DNA of 64,000 bases, from assembly GCA_964592745.1 (NCBI GenBank), contig CAZQFL010000006.1, forward strand, positions 4,942 to 68,941. The letters are read 5' to 3'. The notes below the pieces were generated by a model. The model worked only from the letters and a program-made list of their open reading frames with translations. It was not told the DNA's origin and searched no databases. The position numbers and the translations under genes are program-made. Each line of letters begins with the position of its first letter. Positions within the stretch are counted from its first letter, which is position 1. Origin of the DNA: an uncultured Desulfurococcaceae archaeon (lineage in GTDB: Archaea > Thermoproteota > Thermoprotei_A > Sulfolobales > NBVN01). Of this stretch, positions 1 to 9,507 are shown one piece after another.

Positions 1-456
1 CCCTTCAGTAACCTCCCTTAAAACTTCTTTGGGTTCCTTACCCTCAACTGTAACACCTATTGTTGCGGCACTTGATAATATAGTCTTTACTGCAGCTTTA
101 AGTGTCTTAGCTGTGAGGTCATGCTTCTTTAGGATAGCTATCTTAACAATATCTTCAAACTTCACATCTCCTACCTTCTTATGTGCTGGATCTCCTGATG
201 GCTCTGAAGCACCTGCGAATTTTAATAGTAACGATGTTGTTGTAGGTGATTTAACATTTATTTTATAATTCTTTGCTTCGGGATCAACAAGTATTTCAAC
301 TGTAACTTCTAAGTCACCATAGTCTTTAGTTGCCTCATTAATCTTATTGATGACCTCATTCACATCAAGACCGTACTGACTTATAGCTGGACCTAATGGT
401 GGTGTAGGCGTAGCTTTACCACCCCTTACCCTAGCTCTGATTATCCTCCAAGGCAT
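1..456 (-). CDS. rpl11: 50S ribosomal protein L11 (3' end cut by window edge)
   Basis: Absent from the ORF track because it runs off the window. Minus-strand ATG at 454-456 follows GGAGGTGA. Translation [32 protein letters not shown]... carries the L11 PPLGP motif. It lies downstream of spt5, as in the conserved secE-spt5-rpl11 cluster. Confidence 0.85.
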   Translation of the reverse strand, partial: MPWRIIRARVRGGKATPTPPLGPAISQYGLDVNEVINKINEATKDYGDLEVTVEILVDPEAKNYKINVKSPTTTSLLLKFAGASEPSGDPAHKKVGDVKFEDIVKIAILKKHDLTAKTLKAAVKTILSSAATIGVTVEGKEPKEVLREVTEG

Positions 457-460
457 ACTC

Positions 461-958
461 TCACCTCCTCTTATAGAGTCTTACATTATCTGCAGGTATT
501 GTTGCCTCCATCTTAAAGGAAGCCTCGAGAATGTTAAGCGTAACTAGATTCTTTTGTGTATCAACTGAGATTACTGATGCCTTTAAACCCTTAAACGGAC
601 CTGAAATAATCTCAACAATATCTCCAGGTCTTAACTCCTCGATAGGTGGTTTAACTCTAATTAATCTCTCAACCTCATCGGGTCTTAACGAGCCCATAGC
701 TTTACCTTTAACATGCTTTATATCCCTAGCAACTCTATGAACTATATGCAGTCCTTCAGTCTCAATTATTATGTAACCCTTAATTTCCGGTGGAACAATT
801 ATTGAGTATATTCCCTTAGATTTGAGTGTCTGAGATGAAGCCTCAAGCATGAGGGCAACATTGACTTCCTGACCTGCTGTAGTCCTCAATATAACGTATT
901 TAGGTAAAGTTCTTACCCTCTTAGTACCCGTACCACCTGACTCGCTGCTACTCTCCAT
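461..958 (-). CDS. spt5: Transcription elongation factor Spt5 (NusG homologue)
   Basis: NGN domain followed by the KOW motif [22 protein letters not shown]. Located between secE and rpl11. The track starts at GTG 967; ATG at 958 (MESSSES...) avoids overlap with the secE stop. Confidence 0.85.
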   Translation of the reverse strand: MESSSESGGTGTKRVRTLPKYVILRTTAGQEVNVALMLEASSQTLKSKGIYSIIVPPEIKGYIIIETEGLHIVHRVARDIKHVKGKAMGSLRPDEVERLIRVKPPIEELRPGDIVEIISGPFKGLKASVISVDTQKNLVTLNILEASFKMEATIPADNVRLYKRR

Positions 959-959
959 T

Positions 960-1133
960 TTAAGCACCTCCCTGAATGTATGTTAGAATGAGGTGTATGA
1001 GAAAACCAACTACACCTACAAATAGTATTCCAGCTAATGTCACTTTAAGTACTAACTTATACTCGTCAGGCTCGGGTTTCTCAGCTATGATTAATATCTT
1101 CCTCCACATCTCAAAGATCTCTCTTAATTTCAC
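960..1133 (-). CDS. secE: Preprotein translocase subunit SecE / Sec61-gamma
   Basis: A 57-codon ORF below the track cutoff. GTG start follows GAGGTGG. Translation is (M)KLREIFEMWRKILIIAEKPEPDEYKLVLKVTLAGILFVGVVGFLIHLILTYIQGGA, with a single C-terminal TM helix. It sits in the canonical position upstream of spt5. Confidence 0.7.
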   Translation of the reverse strand: MKLREIFEMWRKILIIAEKPEPDEYKLVLKVTLAGILFVGVVGFLIHLILTYIQGGA

Positions 1134-1153
1134 ATTACCACCTCGCTAATACC

Positions 1154-2071
1154 TTACTCCTCAAAGAGCTTATTAAGTATTTTATGAGGGTCATATAGTT
1201 CTAGGTCCTCATACTTTTGACCTGTTCCTACATACATTATTGGCTTACCAACAGTTAGTATTATACTTAGTGCTGACCCTCCTTTAGCGTCTGCATCAAG
1301 CTTTGTAAGGATAACTGTATCAACACCTACAGCATTATCAAACCATTTAGCTTGTTCTATAGCATCATTTCCGGTTAAAGCATCAAGAACTAATATCTTT
1401 AGGTGAGGTTTAACTACTCTAACAACCTTCTTTATTTCGTTCATTAAGTCAGCATCTGTATGCATTCTACCTGCTGTGTCTATAAGTACAGCGTCAATGA
1501 GGTGTTTACTAGCGTATATCACTCCGTCCTTTGCAACAGCTGCTGGGTCAGCACCATACTTGCCTCTTATGAATGGTAGGTTAAGTCTCTTAGCATGTAT
1601 CGCTAGTTGCTCTTGAGCACCAGCTCTAAACGTATCAGCAGCCACAATAACAGACTTAAGTCCATTAGTCTTTAATTTATAAGCAACCTTAGCTATGGTT
1701 GTTGTCTTACCAACACCATTAACACCCATAAACACTACTACATAAGGTTTAGGACCTTCTCTTACTAATTCCACTATATCCTTACCGAAGAAACCTTCGG
1801 AAAGTATTGAAAGAATTACCTTCTTGATCCTCTCCTTAACTTCGTTATAAGCGCTCTTCCCAAATCTAGGTACTTTAATTCCGATGAGCTCACTCTTTAA
1901 CTTCTCCTTCAATAATTCAACAGCATCTAAAGCAACATCACTTTCTATTAGCTCAATCTCGATATCACTAAAGATTTCCTCAAAATCAGACTCACTCAAC
2001 TCCTTTAATGAAATGACCTCACTCAGTCTACGACCTAACTTGCTTAAAGCACTCCTTACCCTATTGAACAT
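1154..2071 (-). CDS. ftsY: Signal recognition particle receptor FtsY
   Basis: SRP-GTPase motifs GVNGVGKTTTIAKVAYKL, DTAGR and TKLDA. N-terminal helical domain present. Confidence 0.9.
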   Translation of the reverse strand: MFNRVRSALSKLGRRLSEVISLKELSESDFEEIFSDIEIELIESDVALDAVELLKEKLKSELIGIKVPRFGKSAYNEVKERIKKVILSILSEGFFGKDIVELVREGPKPYVVVFMGVNGVGKTTTIAKVAYKLKTNGLKSVIVAADTFRAGAQEQLAIHAKRLNLPFIRGKYGADPAAVAKDGVIYASKHLIDAVLIDTAGRMHTDADLMNEIKKVVRVVKPHLKILVLDALTGNDAIEQAKWFDNAVGVDTVILTKLDADAKGGSALSIILTVGKPIMYVGTGQKYEDLELYDPHKILNKLFEE

Positions 2072-2164
2072 TAACTCTCTACCTTAAAGAATTGTAGGCT
2101 TACAGTTTAAGACTATTAATGTAGTAAAGTCACAATTTAATATTTAACTCTTAGTTATGGTACC

Positions 2165-2626
2165 TTACTTAGTGACTTGAGTACTCTGTCTTGCCTGCTC
2201 TAAGGCTTTACTTACTAGTGCCTGTAATTGTTGGTAATAATTAGTTGCATTATTTAGTTCTCGCTGAATCAATGTTAAAGTATTCCTTAAGTCTTTCTCT
2301 ATGCTTATCAATATCTCCATAGCCTTCTCCAGCGGTAATTCAGCATAATATTCTAAACCTACATGAACTATGACCTTGTCTCTATCTATAGGCTTAGCCC
2401 TTGCTAACACATAACCTCTCCTATCAGCAGGTATTACAACTTCATCAATACTACCAGTTTTAAGTTCAGATATGAAGTTCTTACTATTATTTACTTCATT
2501 AAGTTCCGAGGTTATTTGATTTAATTGATTCTGTAAAGCATCTATATATTTTCTAACCTCACCTAATTCAGCTATTAGAGCGTCTAAAGGTATTGTTATT
2601 ACTTCTCTACGCTCATTACTACTCAA
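2165..2626 (-). CDS. pfdA: Prefoldin alpha subunit
   Basis: 153 aa. Two long coiled-coil segments flank a beta-hairpin core (VVIPADRRGYVLARAKPIDRDKVIVHVGLEYYAE). Conserved rplX-pfdA-ftsY neighbourhood. Confidence 0.8.
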   Translation of the reverse strand: MSSNERREVITIPLDALIAELGEVRKYIDALQNQLNQITSELNEVNNSKNFISELKTGSIDEVVIPADRRGYVLARAKPIDRDKVIVHVGLEYYAELPLEKAMEILISIEKDLRNTLTLIQRELNNATNYYQQLQALVSKALEQARQSTQVTK

Positions 2627-2885
2627 TATACCAACCCCTTAACTCTTCTAACTTCTTTATGTACCTATACTTAGCTTGTTCAGGTAGTATCTCTTTAACC
2701 TCTAAAATCTTTATATGTGATCTCTTTAGTTTATGCCTACTGCCCAGTTCTGAAAGTACTTTTTCTATAGCATCTTCCTTCTTTAGGGCTCTAACATCTA
2801 TCGTGAATGGCTGCCAAATCCTAATGCTATCTGGACTAAAGAGTGCAACACCACTTACTCTAAATACCTTTACCTCACGACCCAT
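2619..2885 (-). CDS. rplX: 50S ribosomal protein LX (L18Ae/eL20 family)
   Basis: 88 aa, MGREVKVFRVSGVALFSPD.... Its size and its position between eif6 and pfdA are typical of the archaeal rpl39e-rpl31e-eif6-rplX-pfdA-ftsY cluster. Confidence 0.75.
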   Translation of the reverse strand: MGREVKVFRVSGVALFSPDSIRIWQPFTIDVRALKKEDAIEKVLSELGSRHKLKRSHIKILEVKEILPEQAKYRYIKKLEELRGWYIE

Positions 2886-2891
2886 CTCGAC

Positions 2892-3560
2892 TCACCCTAT
2901 ACCTAAAGCCTTCATTATCCTCATGATTTCAGGACCCGTAGTTCTTTCACCTACTAGAGCCCCGTAATTATTGGCTACGAGACCTGTCTTAATAAATGCT
3001 ACACCAAAATTAACTGTTGCTATGTCAGCATTAACGTTGAAGAACTCAGATATAAATCTTAATTCCTCATCAGACACGTCAGGATGTACGACAGCACCCT
3101 TATCCGTTATTACAGCTGCAGACCCTACAGCCGTCATATTGGCTATCTTACCTACTTTGAACCTGTCAATTCCTAATGAATTAATTATAGATTTAACCTC
3201 GTCCTCACTCAACTCTATCGATAATAGTGCAGCCTTACTATTACATAAAACAACATTACCTAATGCTGTATGCTTAGTCTCAATAACTATGACTCTAAAA
3301 CCTATTTCTCTTAATTCATTGATTTCATCATCCCTCATAATATTTGGTGCTAGTATCACATCATCACTACATACTAAAAACACGCCTAGAAGTGGTGTTC
3401 CTGCTACTTGGGCTTCTACAGTCTCAACATTAAGCACTTCACTAACCTTCTGTTTAACTTGAGGTGTAACTCCTTTGGGTATCAGTGCGTATTTATTACT
3501 AGCACAAATATAAACGCCGATATTGGGATTACCTAATATTCTTAATCGTTCAAGAGGCAT
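2892..3560 (-). CDS. eif6: Translation initiation factor 6 (aIF6)
   Basis: 222 aa. N-terminus LRILGNPNIGVYICASNKYALIP and the repeated pentein-type segments are typical of eIF6. Confidence 0.85.
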   Translation of the reverse strand: MPLERLRILGNPNIGVYICASNKYALIPKGVTPQVKQKVSEVLNVETVEAQVAGTPLLGVFLVCSDDVILAPNIMRDDEINELREIGFRVIVIETKHTALGNVVLCNSKAALLSIELSEDEVKSIINSLGIDRFKVGKIANMTAVGSAAVITDKGAVVHPDVSDEELRFISEFFNVNADIATVNFGVAFIKTGLVANNYGALVGERTTGPEIMRIMKALGIG

Positions 3561-3866
3561 TTACTTCTCCTCACTACTTTTAGAGGGAGTCTCAGGTGTA
3601 GTTGCGGTTATAGGTATAGCCAATACTGCCTTAACTACCTTACCTTCAGGGTCTACAGGTATTACCCTCACAGCCACCCTCCTTGGTGGCTTATCGTAAG
3701 CGTATGAAAATATATACATGTTTATTGATTCATCTATAATAACATGGTCAGCTTTTGTATGTCTTTTTATAAATTCCCTTATACGTTTTATAGCTCTAGG
3801 ACCTCTACGTCTACGACCTGACCAGTAGATTCTTGAGAGGTTTATTATGTAGATCCTCTCACTCAT
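3561..3866 (-). CDS. rpl31e: 50S ribosomal protein L31e
   Basis: 101 aa, basic. Contains ERIYIINLSRIYWSGRRRRGPRAIKRIREFIKRH. Abuts eif6. Confidence 0.85.
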   Translation of the reverse strand: MSERIYIINLSRIYWSGRRRRGPRAIKRIREFIKRHTKADHVIIDESINMYIFSYAYDKPPRRVAVRVIPVDPEGKVVKAVLAIPITATTPETPSKSSEEK

Positions 3867-3905
3867 ACATCATCACCGTAGCCTTAATTATAGGAACTAT
3901 GCAAG

Positions 3906-4064
3906 CTATATATTCTTCAACTTAGATCTTCTCCAGAATCTCCTCTTAGGTCTAAATGGTACCTTCCTTAAAGTTTTAACAACAACCCATACAGGTATTG
4001 CTGAATTGGACTTTAGTGCGCTTGCTAATCTAAGTTTTCTAGCCACGTGCTTATTTCTAGCCAT
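3906..4064 (-). CDS. rpl39e: 50S ribosomal protein L39e
   Basis: A 52-codon ORF below the track cutoff: [52 protein letters not shown]. This is the typical L39e sequence and position. Confidence 0.85.
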   Translation of the reverse strand: MARNKHVARKLRLASALKSNSAIPVWVVVKTLRKVPFRPKRRFWRRSKLKNI

Positions 4065-4070
4065 GACCTT

Positions 4071-4442
4071 CTACCTCTTCTCCTTAATTATAATCTTGTA
4101 GTCCCTCCTACTTCTTGAGTCTAATTCTAAAAGTATTCTCTTAAGTGTGTCGTCATCTATGACCTCTCTTAACTGACCAGTTAATGCTAGATTGATTAAG
4201 TAATCCTCAACTGCTCTAGCTAGGTCCGGTCTGACTAGTTTAACGTTAGCTAATCTCTCTCTAGCCTTAGATGTTAGTATGCGTCTAAGTATTGCCTGTC
4301 TTTGAGCCTCCCTAGCAGCTTCCTCCTCCTTCTTTCTTCTCTCCTCTTCTAACCTCCTTAATAATGCTTCATATTGTCTCCTCTTAATCTCCTCTAACTC
4401 CTCGTCATAGTACTCCTCAGACACTACCTCCTCCCCCACCAT
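4071..4442 (-). CDS. PDCD5/TFAR19-like double-stranded DNA-binding protein
   Basis: 123 aa. Charged N-terminal coiled coil, then [36 protein letters not shown]. Located next to rps19e, as in many archaea. Confidence 0.7.
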   Translation of the reverse strand: MVGEEVVSEEYYDEELEEIKRRQYEALLRRLEEERRKKEEEAAREAQRQAILRRILTSKARERLANVKLVRPDLARAVEDYLINLALTGQLREVIDDDTLKRILLELDSRSRRDYKIIIKEKR

Positions 4443-4896
4443 ACTTCTTTAATTCAGGAATATACTTTACTACCTCCTTGAATACTTCATAAGCTATCTT
4501 ATCGAGTAAACTCCTACCCTTAGGACTTAACACCCTACCTTTGTTACCCTCCTTTACTACCAAGCCTGCCCTCTCAAGTTGTTGGAGTATCTTCCTTATA
4601 TGTGAACCGCCAGCTTTCTTAAAGTGAGGTGGCGCTACACCTCTTCTCTGTAAACCTCCATATATTGTTCTGAAGGTCTCAATTCCTATCGGCTCATCAC
4701 TAATGTAGAGCTTCCTGAGAATGCTTGCTGCTCTGTAGTACCACCAGTCAGGATCCTCAGGAGGTTTTTCCTTGTGTGGACCTGTCTTCACGAATAGGGC
4801 CCATGGTGGCGGCCTAACCTCAGGTACGTTTTCCTTCAAGTACTTAGCCAAGGCCTTTATGAATGCATCAGCAGGTACCTCCTTCACGGTTACCAT
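4417..4896 (-). CDS. rps19e: 30S ribosomal protein S19e
   Basis: 159 aa. [19 protein letters not shown]...[16 protein letters not shown] matches the S19e family. Confidence 0.9.
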   Translation of the reverse strand: MVTVKEVPADAFIKALAKYLKENVPEVRPPPWALFVKTGPHKEKPPEDPDWWYYRAASILRKLYISDEPIGIETFRTIYGGLQRRGVAPPHFKKAGGSHIRKILQQLERAGLVVKEGNKGRVLSPKGRSLLDKIAYEVFKEVVKYIPELKKYGGGGGSV

Positions 4897-5099
4897 TACA
4901 TACCCACCTAACCTAATCTTAGTCAGCCTTACTTAAAGACTTTACATGGTTTATATATTTAATTTACGCTTTTCCCTACCTACCTTGAGCATGAAGCAAA
5001 GTATGTTGCATAATTGTTCAGCGAAGCTTGAGTATGGAGACTAGCGACTGCCACTAAAACACATGATGGTATGCCTACATACTCTAAGGGTTCACCTCT

Positions 5100-6292
5100 T
5101 TATATGATTTTATATGAATGTATATGAACTGTCATTGGTTCATCTATGTGAAACCCGCCCTTCGCTTGGGTTTCATCGGTCATTGGGTGGGTGCCCCACG
5201 ACCCAGGGCGTGGGGCTAAGAGTTTGAATGCTTTGAGGTATATGTTTGCAACTCCTACTCTGTCCCTATCAGCTATGAATCCACATTTAGAACATATCGC
5301 TAGTCTGTGGTTGTAGGATAATTTATATCCACATCTAGGACATGTGGATGAAGTGTTTCTTGGGTCTATGAATATTACTGGCACGTTGTACTCTATCGCC
5401 TTGGTTAGGATTGCCTGCTGTAATTTACGATAAGCGAAACGTGACAGCTTGTCAGCTAGGCTAGAGGACTTCCTAAAAGCATTAAACCATAGTTTCTCAA
5501 GGTCTTCGAGGACTTAGCACTTTTAGTCCTTCTAGCCTTTAGGACTATGTACTTAGCTAGCGGACTTACGAGACCAATCAACTACTATGTTCCTGCTTCT
5601 CCTATGAAGAGCCCTTATGATTTTCAGCCATTTCTTGCTTCTTCTCCAAGCATAACTATGTCTCTTCTGAACTTCCTCAGTAAGGTGTTTAAGGTACAAT
5701 GCTTCAGTAAACCTAGTGTTTATCCTTCTAACTCGTCTACCATTATAGATAACGACTTTCTTCAAGTTAATATCAATAGAGAACAATCTCTTAGACTTGT
5801 ATGGATTATACTCCCATCTAAAAGGTATGCATATCCATATTCTTCCTTGTTTATCAATGCTTACTATGACCTCATACCATTTACGACCAATAAACTTCGT
5901 GATGTAGTTTTTCCTATGGAGTAATTTTATCTTAAATACTTTATCTCTCAATTTCACAACTTCAATTCGATTCTCTAGGTCTACTTTTGCATCATATTTG
6001 TCTAGTTGTGCCGATGACTTCTTTAGAACGGGTTTCTTACCATTATTACTCTTAGTAGATTTAACCACCGATAAAGCGTATTTGTATATTTGCTTACACT
6101 GATGTGCACGGAATCTATGATTCCTCATCATCTTATAGAACATTTGATGGAGTTGATTCAGTGTAGGTAATTTATCCAGCTCCCATAGAGCGTCTACAAT
6201 GTATTGGATAGCTTTACGTGTGAGTAGAGTTCCTCTTTCAATTCGTTAAGAGAACCATCTACTAGTACTCCTCTTGCTTTAAGGGTCAGCAT
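5100..6292 (-). pseudogene. tnpB: tnpB (IS605 OrfB-type RNA-guided nuclease), disrupted
   Basis: Three pieces lie in different frames. Piece 1, 6292 to about 6238: MLTLKARGVLVDGSLNELKE. Piece 2, 6247-5553: ...LFSIDINLKK.... Piece 3, 5513-5100: VLEDLEKLWFNAF...IDPRNTSSTCPRCGYKL...CSKCGFIADRDRVGVANI, which carries the RuvC Glu, a CxxC...CxxC zinc finger and the RuvC Asp. In-frame stops lie between 5513 and 5555. Confidence 0.8.
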
Positions 6293-6303
6293 ATACGCTC
6301 CTC

Positions 6304-6338
6304 GGGGAACCACCCATGCATATTGGGTGGTCTTCCCC
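6304..6338. repeat. Imperfect inverted repeat/hairpin, candidate IS605-type subterminal hairpin
   Basis: GGGGAACCACCCA-TGCATAT-TGGGTGGTCTTCCCC gives a 13-bp stem with a 2-nt bulge. It is GC-rich in an AT-rich context and lies immediately 5' of the tnpB remnant. Confidence 0.5.
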
Positions 6339-6421
6339 CTCATCGAAGATACCACCCAAGTATATTCTATTGTAGCTATATTTATAAATATTTCTAGCTA
6401 TTACATATTCTTGGTGGTATA

Positions 6422-6574
6422 ATGAGTAGGGTATATGTGTTTGAAGCATCACTACTAAGCTATGGCAAAGGGAGAGTGATAATCTATCCACCAAAAGAGT
6501 ACCAGCTAAAACTAGCAAAGTATAAGGGAAGGAAAATTAAAATCATAGCAGTAATCGAAGAAGAACACCCATGA
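6422..6574 (+). CDS. Small hypothetical protein (50 aa)
   Basis: ATG is preceded by GGTGGT (5-nt spacer) and by TTTATAAATA about 30 nt upstream. Translation: MSRVYVFEASLLSYGKGRVIIYPPKEYQLKLAKYKGRKIKIIAVIEEEHP. No family recognised; below the track cutoff. Confidence 0.3.
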   Translation: MSRVYVFEASLLSYGKGRVIIYPPKEYQLKLAKYKGRKIKIIAVIEEEHP

Positions 6575-6596
6575 AAAACATATAAAACATATACAA

Positions 6597-7351
6597 TCAT
6601 ATAAAACCTGCTACGGTGTTAGCTACGTAGCGTGAGTCCTTAGAGGCTAGCTCCATCTTGAATCTTACAGGAAAATCGGGGTCTAACCCCCTCTCCTCAT
6701 ATCTCTCAATGATACTCTTCATCCATGTAGTCTCCTTAACTATCGATAAGAATTTCCTAGCATCAATACCGTACGCCTCACATAAGGCTAGAGACTCAGC
6801 CATTGAGGCAACTATAGCTAGAAATATATTGTTCACAGCTAGTTTTAGGGCTGATGCTTGGGGAACTGGACCTACATATATGACTTTTCTACTTAAAACC
6901 CTAATGGAGTCAATTTCGGTATCCTCTTCATCACCAGCTACGTAAATTACTAGTTCACCTTTCCTAGCCTCTGACACACTACCCATAACTGGGGCTTCAA
7001 CGTACTTTGCACCCTTGTTATTAACTAAATTCATTAATAAAGTACTTACTTGAGGCGTTATTGTTGACTGTTGAATTACTATTTTATTTTTATTTAAACT
7101 ATGAATTAGGCCTTCACTCCTTAGGAAAACCTCAAGAACCGCCATGTCATCCGAGACCATAATATGTATTACATCGCATGAGTTACCGACATTCGAGGGG
7201 TTTTCCGCAATCCTAGCTCTAAATTCCCTCTAAATTTAATTACTTTATCCTTACTTCGATTATATACCACTAAATCATAACTCTTCTCAGCAAGTCTAGC
7301 AGCCATTTGGTAGCCCATACTTCCTAAACCTATAAAACCTATCCTAGTCAC
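6597..7351 (-). pseudogene. NAD(P)-dependent beta-hydroxyacid dehydrogenase (HIBADH/6PGDH-like, COG2084), frameshifted
   Basis: The N-terminal Rossmann piece (7169-7351, IGFIGLGSMGYQMAARL) and the remainder (6597-7160) are in different frames. Adding one G to the GGG run (CCC at 7226-7228 on the plus strand) restores ...KFRGEFRARIAENPSNVGNSCDVIHIMVSDD.... Confidence 0.75.
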
Positions 7352-7473
7352 GTTTCACACCTACATCACTTGTGTGTCAATACAAAATAAAGTCGCTAAT
7401 AAGGTCTAGGGACATACTTATATTCTGTCCTCAGAGACTTAGTTAGTAAGGTAATGAAGTGAAGGGATAGGTA

Positions 7474-8235
7474 ATGTATAATTTAGTGACCTCAGTAATG
7501 TGCTTAGTGATAGGTTTTCTAGCAGGTTTTGTTGGTAGTTTACTAGGTATTGGAGGAGGTAGCTTAACAACCCCAACTTTAATTCTTTACGGTGTTGAAG
7601 CACATAGAGCTGTTGCAGCAAGCTTAGTAGCTATTTTGGGCACTAGTCTTGGCGGAATATTCCATCTCTACAAGTGTGGATTAGTACGTGTGAAGACAGC
7701 ATTCATACTTGAGTCGGCATCAATTACAGGTGCATTCATAGGTGCATCACTAGCTATAAGACTCCCCTCAAACATCGTAGCCTTAATAGTTGCTTCAGCA
7801 TTGATTCTATCTGCAATACTCTTCGTAATAATCCCTGTGGAGAAGGAAAGGAAATCTAAGTTAGGTTTAAGGAAGCCGTATATTGTAGCGTGGGTAATTA
7901 GTTTAGCAGCAGGGTTCTTGTCAGCTACTGCAGGTATTGGTGGAGGTATAGTAAAGACACCTGTATTAACGCTTATACTAGGTTTAAGTGTTAAGAGTGC
8001 TGTCTCAACAAGCAAGTTAATGGTTGGTATAACAGCAGGTACCGGTGCGATTACCTACGGTATCTCAGGTCACATAGACCCCTACATAGCTGTTCCATTA
8101 GTTATAGGTACCTATACAGGTGCATGGGTAGGTGCTAGAGTTCTGACAAGAATTAAGGCTAAGAATGTTAGAGTAATAGCTGTACTGACTTACGTAATAT
8201 TTGCAACCTCATTACTGATAAGAGCCATACTTTAA
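7474..8235 (+). CDS. TauE/SafE (DUF81, TSUP) family anion-exporter membrane protein
   Basis: 253 aa. About 8 TM helices with an internal repeat, each half carrying G-x-GGG (LLGIGGGSL, TAGIGGGIV). Confidence 0.75.
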   Translation: MYNLVTSVMCLVIGFLAGFVGSLLGIGGGSLTTPTLILYGVEAHRAVAASLVAILGTSLGGIFHLYKCGLVRVKTAFILESASITGAFIGASLAIRLPSNIVALIVASALILSAILFVIIPVEKERKSKLGLRKPYIVAWVISLAAGFLSATAGIGGGIVKTPVLTLILGLSVKSAVSTSKLMVGITAGTGAITYGISGHIDPYIAVPLVIGTYTGAWVGARVLTRIKAKNVRVIAVLTYVIFATSLLIRAIL

Positions 8236-8735
8236 CCACTACTTCACTCTAGTTATCTTGACTAATCAGTTGCTCTTCAATCCACGCCTCAAACTCCTTT
8301 ATTACCTTTAAAACCTCCTCATAGCACTCTCTACTCAACCTACTTCTTAATCTCCTTTTCAGTTTGGCTAATAACTTTATGAGTTCAAGAACATTCTGAG
8401 ACACACTCTCATCCGTAATCAGAAGGGTATATAAAGGGTTCTTAATCAGGTAAGCTATTTACCAAGCTTATGAGGTCAATGTCTAAATTAAGTTATTCAA
8501 GTAATCATTAGTGATTCGATAAACTTAGAGTTATCTTCTCTGATAATCACGTAGATAATTAATCCTTCACAATTTTGCCTCTACTTACATATATCATGAC
8601 TTAGTAATACTTACATACATATATGTTAAGACTATACTTGGATACTTTACTATGCATTCCTAAGAGAAGACAAATGCGGCATCTTAAAAACTCTACAAAT
8701 CTGTAAAAACTCTGACCTAGATAGATGTTAAGAAG

Positions 8736-8833
8736 TGGTGCGGCGGCCGGGATTTGAACCCGGGATTTCCGGCGTTCTACGGGACCCCTACCTTGGAAGG
8801 CCGGCGTCCTAGACCAGGCTAGACGACCGCCGC
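8736..8833 (-). tRNA. tRNA-Gly (anticodon TCC) with about 19-nt canonical intron, CCA encoded
   Basis: Manual cloverleaf: acceptor GCGGCGG/CCGCCGC, D stem GTCT/GGAC, anticodon stem CCGGC/GCCGG with loop CTTCCA|intron, T arm CCGGG-TTCAAAT-CCCGG, then A-CCA. Confidence 0.85.
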
Positions 8834-8916
8834 TCCATAGTGTGTTTTAGTTTGTGCTTAATTAAGTTTCCTTGAGTTAACTTACATTATATTTTAAGAC
8901 CTCTTTATCATAGGTA

Positions 8917-9390
8917 ATGTGGTGGTGTTTAGGTATGAGGAATAGTGAAGTCAGACACTGTGGTGGTTTCAGATTTCTTGAGCATATGAGTGACGTGTAT
9001 TTTGAAGCTACAGGTAACTCTATTGAGGAGGTTTTTGAGTGGGCTGCTAAAGCAATGTTTGAAACAATGACTGATACAAGTAAGGTTAAGCCGTTGAAGG
9101 AAGTAATTATTGAGGATGAGGGTATTGACTTAATGAATGCCCTCTACAGATGGCTTGAGGACCTACTCATAGAGTACTCAGCTAATAACATGGTATTCAG
9201 CAAGTTTAAGGTTGAGTACGTAAGACAGGTTAGTAATGATAGAGTAGTGTTTAAGGGTAGAGCGTGGGGTGAGGAATTCAATCCTGAAATACATGAACCT
9301 AGAGTTGAGGTTAAAGCCGTAACATACTCACTAATGGAGATAGGTAAGAAAAATAACTGCTGGTATGCTAGAGTAGTACTAGACATATGA
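8917..9390 (+). CDS. Archease
   Basis: FRFLEHMSDVYFEATGNSIEEVFEWAAKAMFETM...VEVKAVTYSLMEI matches the archease family. The true start may be the ATG at 8935. Confidence 0.75.
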   Translation: MWWCLGMRNSEVRHCGGFRFLEHMSDVYFEATGNSIEEVFEWAAKAMFETMTDTSKVKPLKEVIIEDEGIDLMNALYRWLEDLLIEYSANNMVFSKFKVEYVRQVSNDRVVFKGRAWGEEFNPEIHEPRVEVKAVTYSLMEIGKKNNCWYARVVLDI

Positions 9391-9430
9391 AATTAAACTT
9401 TAAGACCCCAGAACAAATATTGTTTATGGT

Positions 9431-9507
9431 GCCGCCGTAGCTCAGCCTGGGAGAGCACCCGGCTGAAGACCGGGGCGTCGGGGGTTCAAATCCCCCCGGC
9501 GGCACCA
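9431..9507 (+). tRNA. tRNA-Phe (anticodon GAA), CCA encoded
   Basis: Acceptor GCCGCCG/CGGCGGC, D arm GCTC-AGCCTGGG-AGAGC, anticodon arm CCCGG-CTGAAGA-CCGGG, T arm GGGGG-TTCAAAT-CCCCC. Confidence 0.9.

Larger units (their letters stand above)
5100..6338 (-). mobile_element. Degenerate IS200/IS605-family element carrying only tnpB (IS1341-like)
   Basis: Disrupted tnpB (5100-6292) with no tnpA. A strong imperfect hairpin lies just beyond the tnpB 5' end (6304-6338). A GC-rich structured segment overlaps the tnpB 3' end (about 5150-5215). Outer boundaries are not resolved. Confidence 0.6.

Noticed and set aside
6279-6518. Track ORF (79 aa, minus strand)
   Set aside because: It spans the IS-end hairpin and an AT-rich promoter-like tract. 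It has no recognisable family and conflicts with the tnpB 5' remnant.
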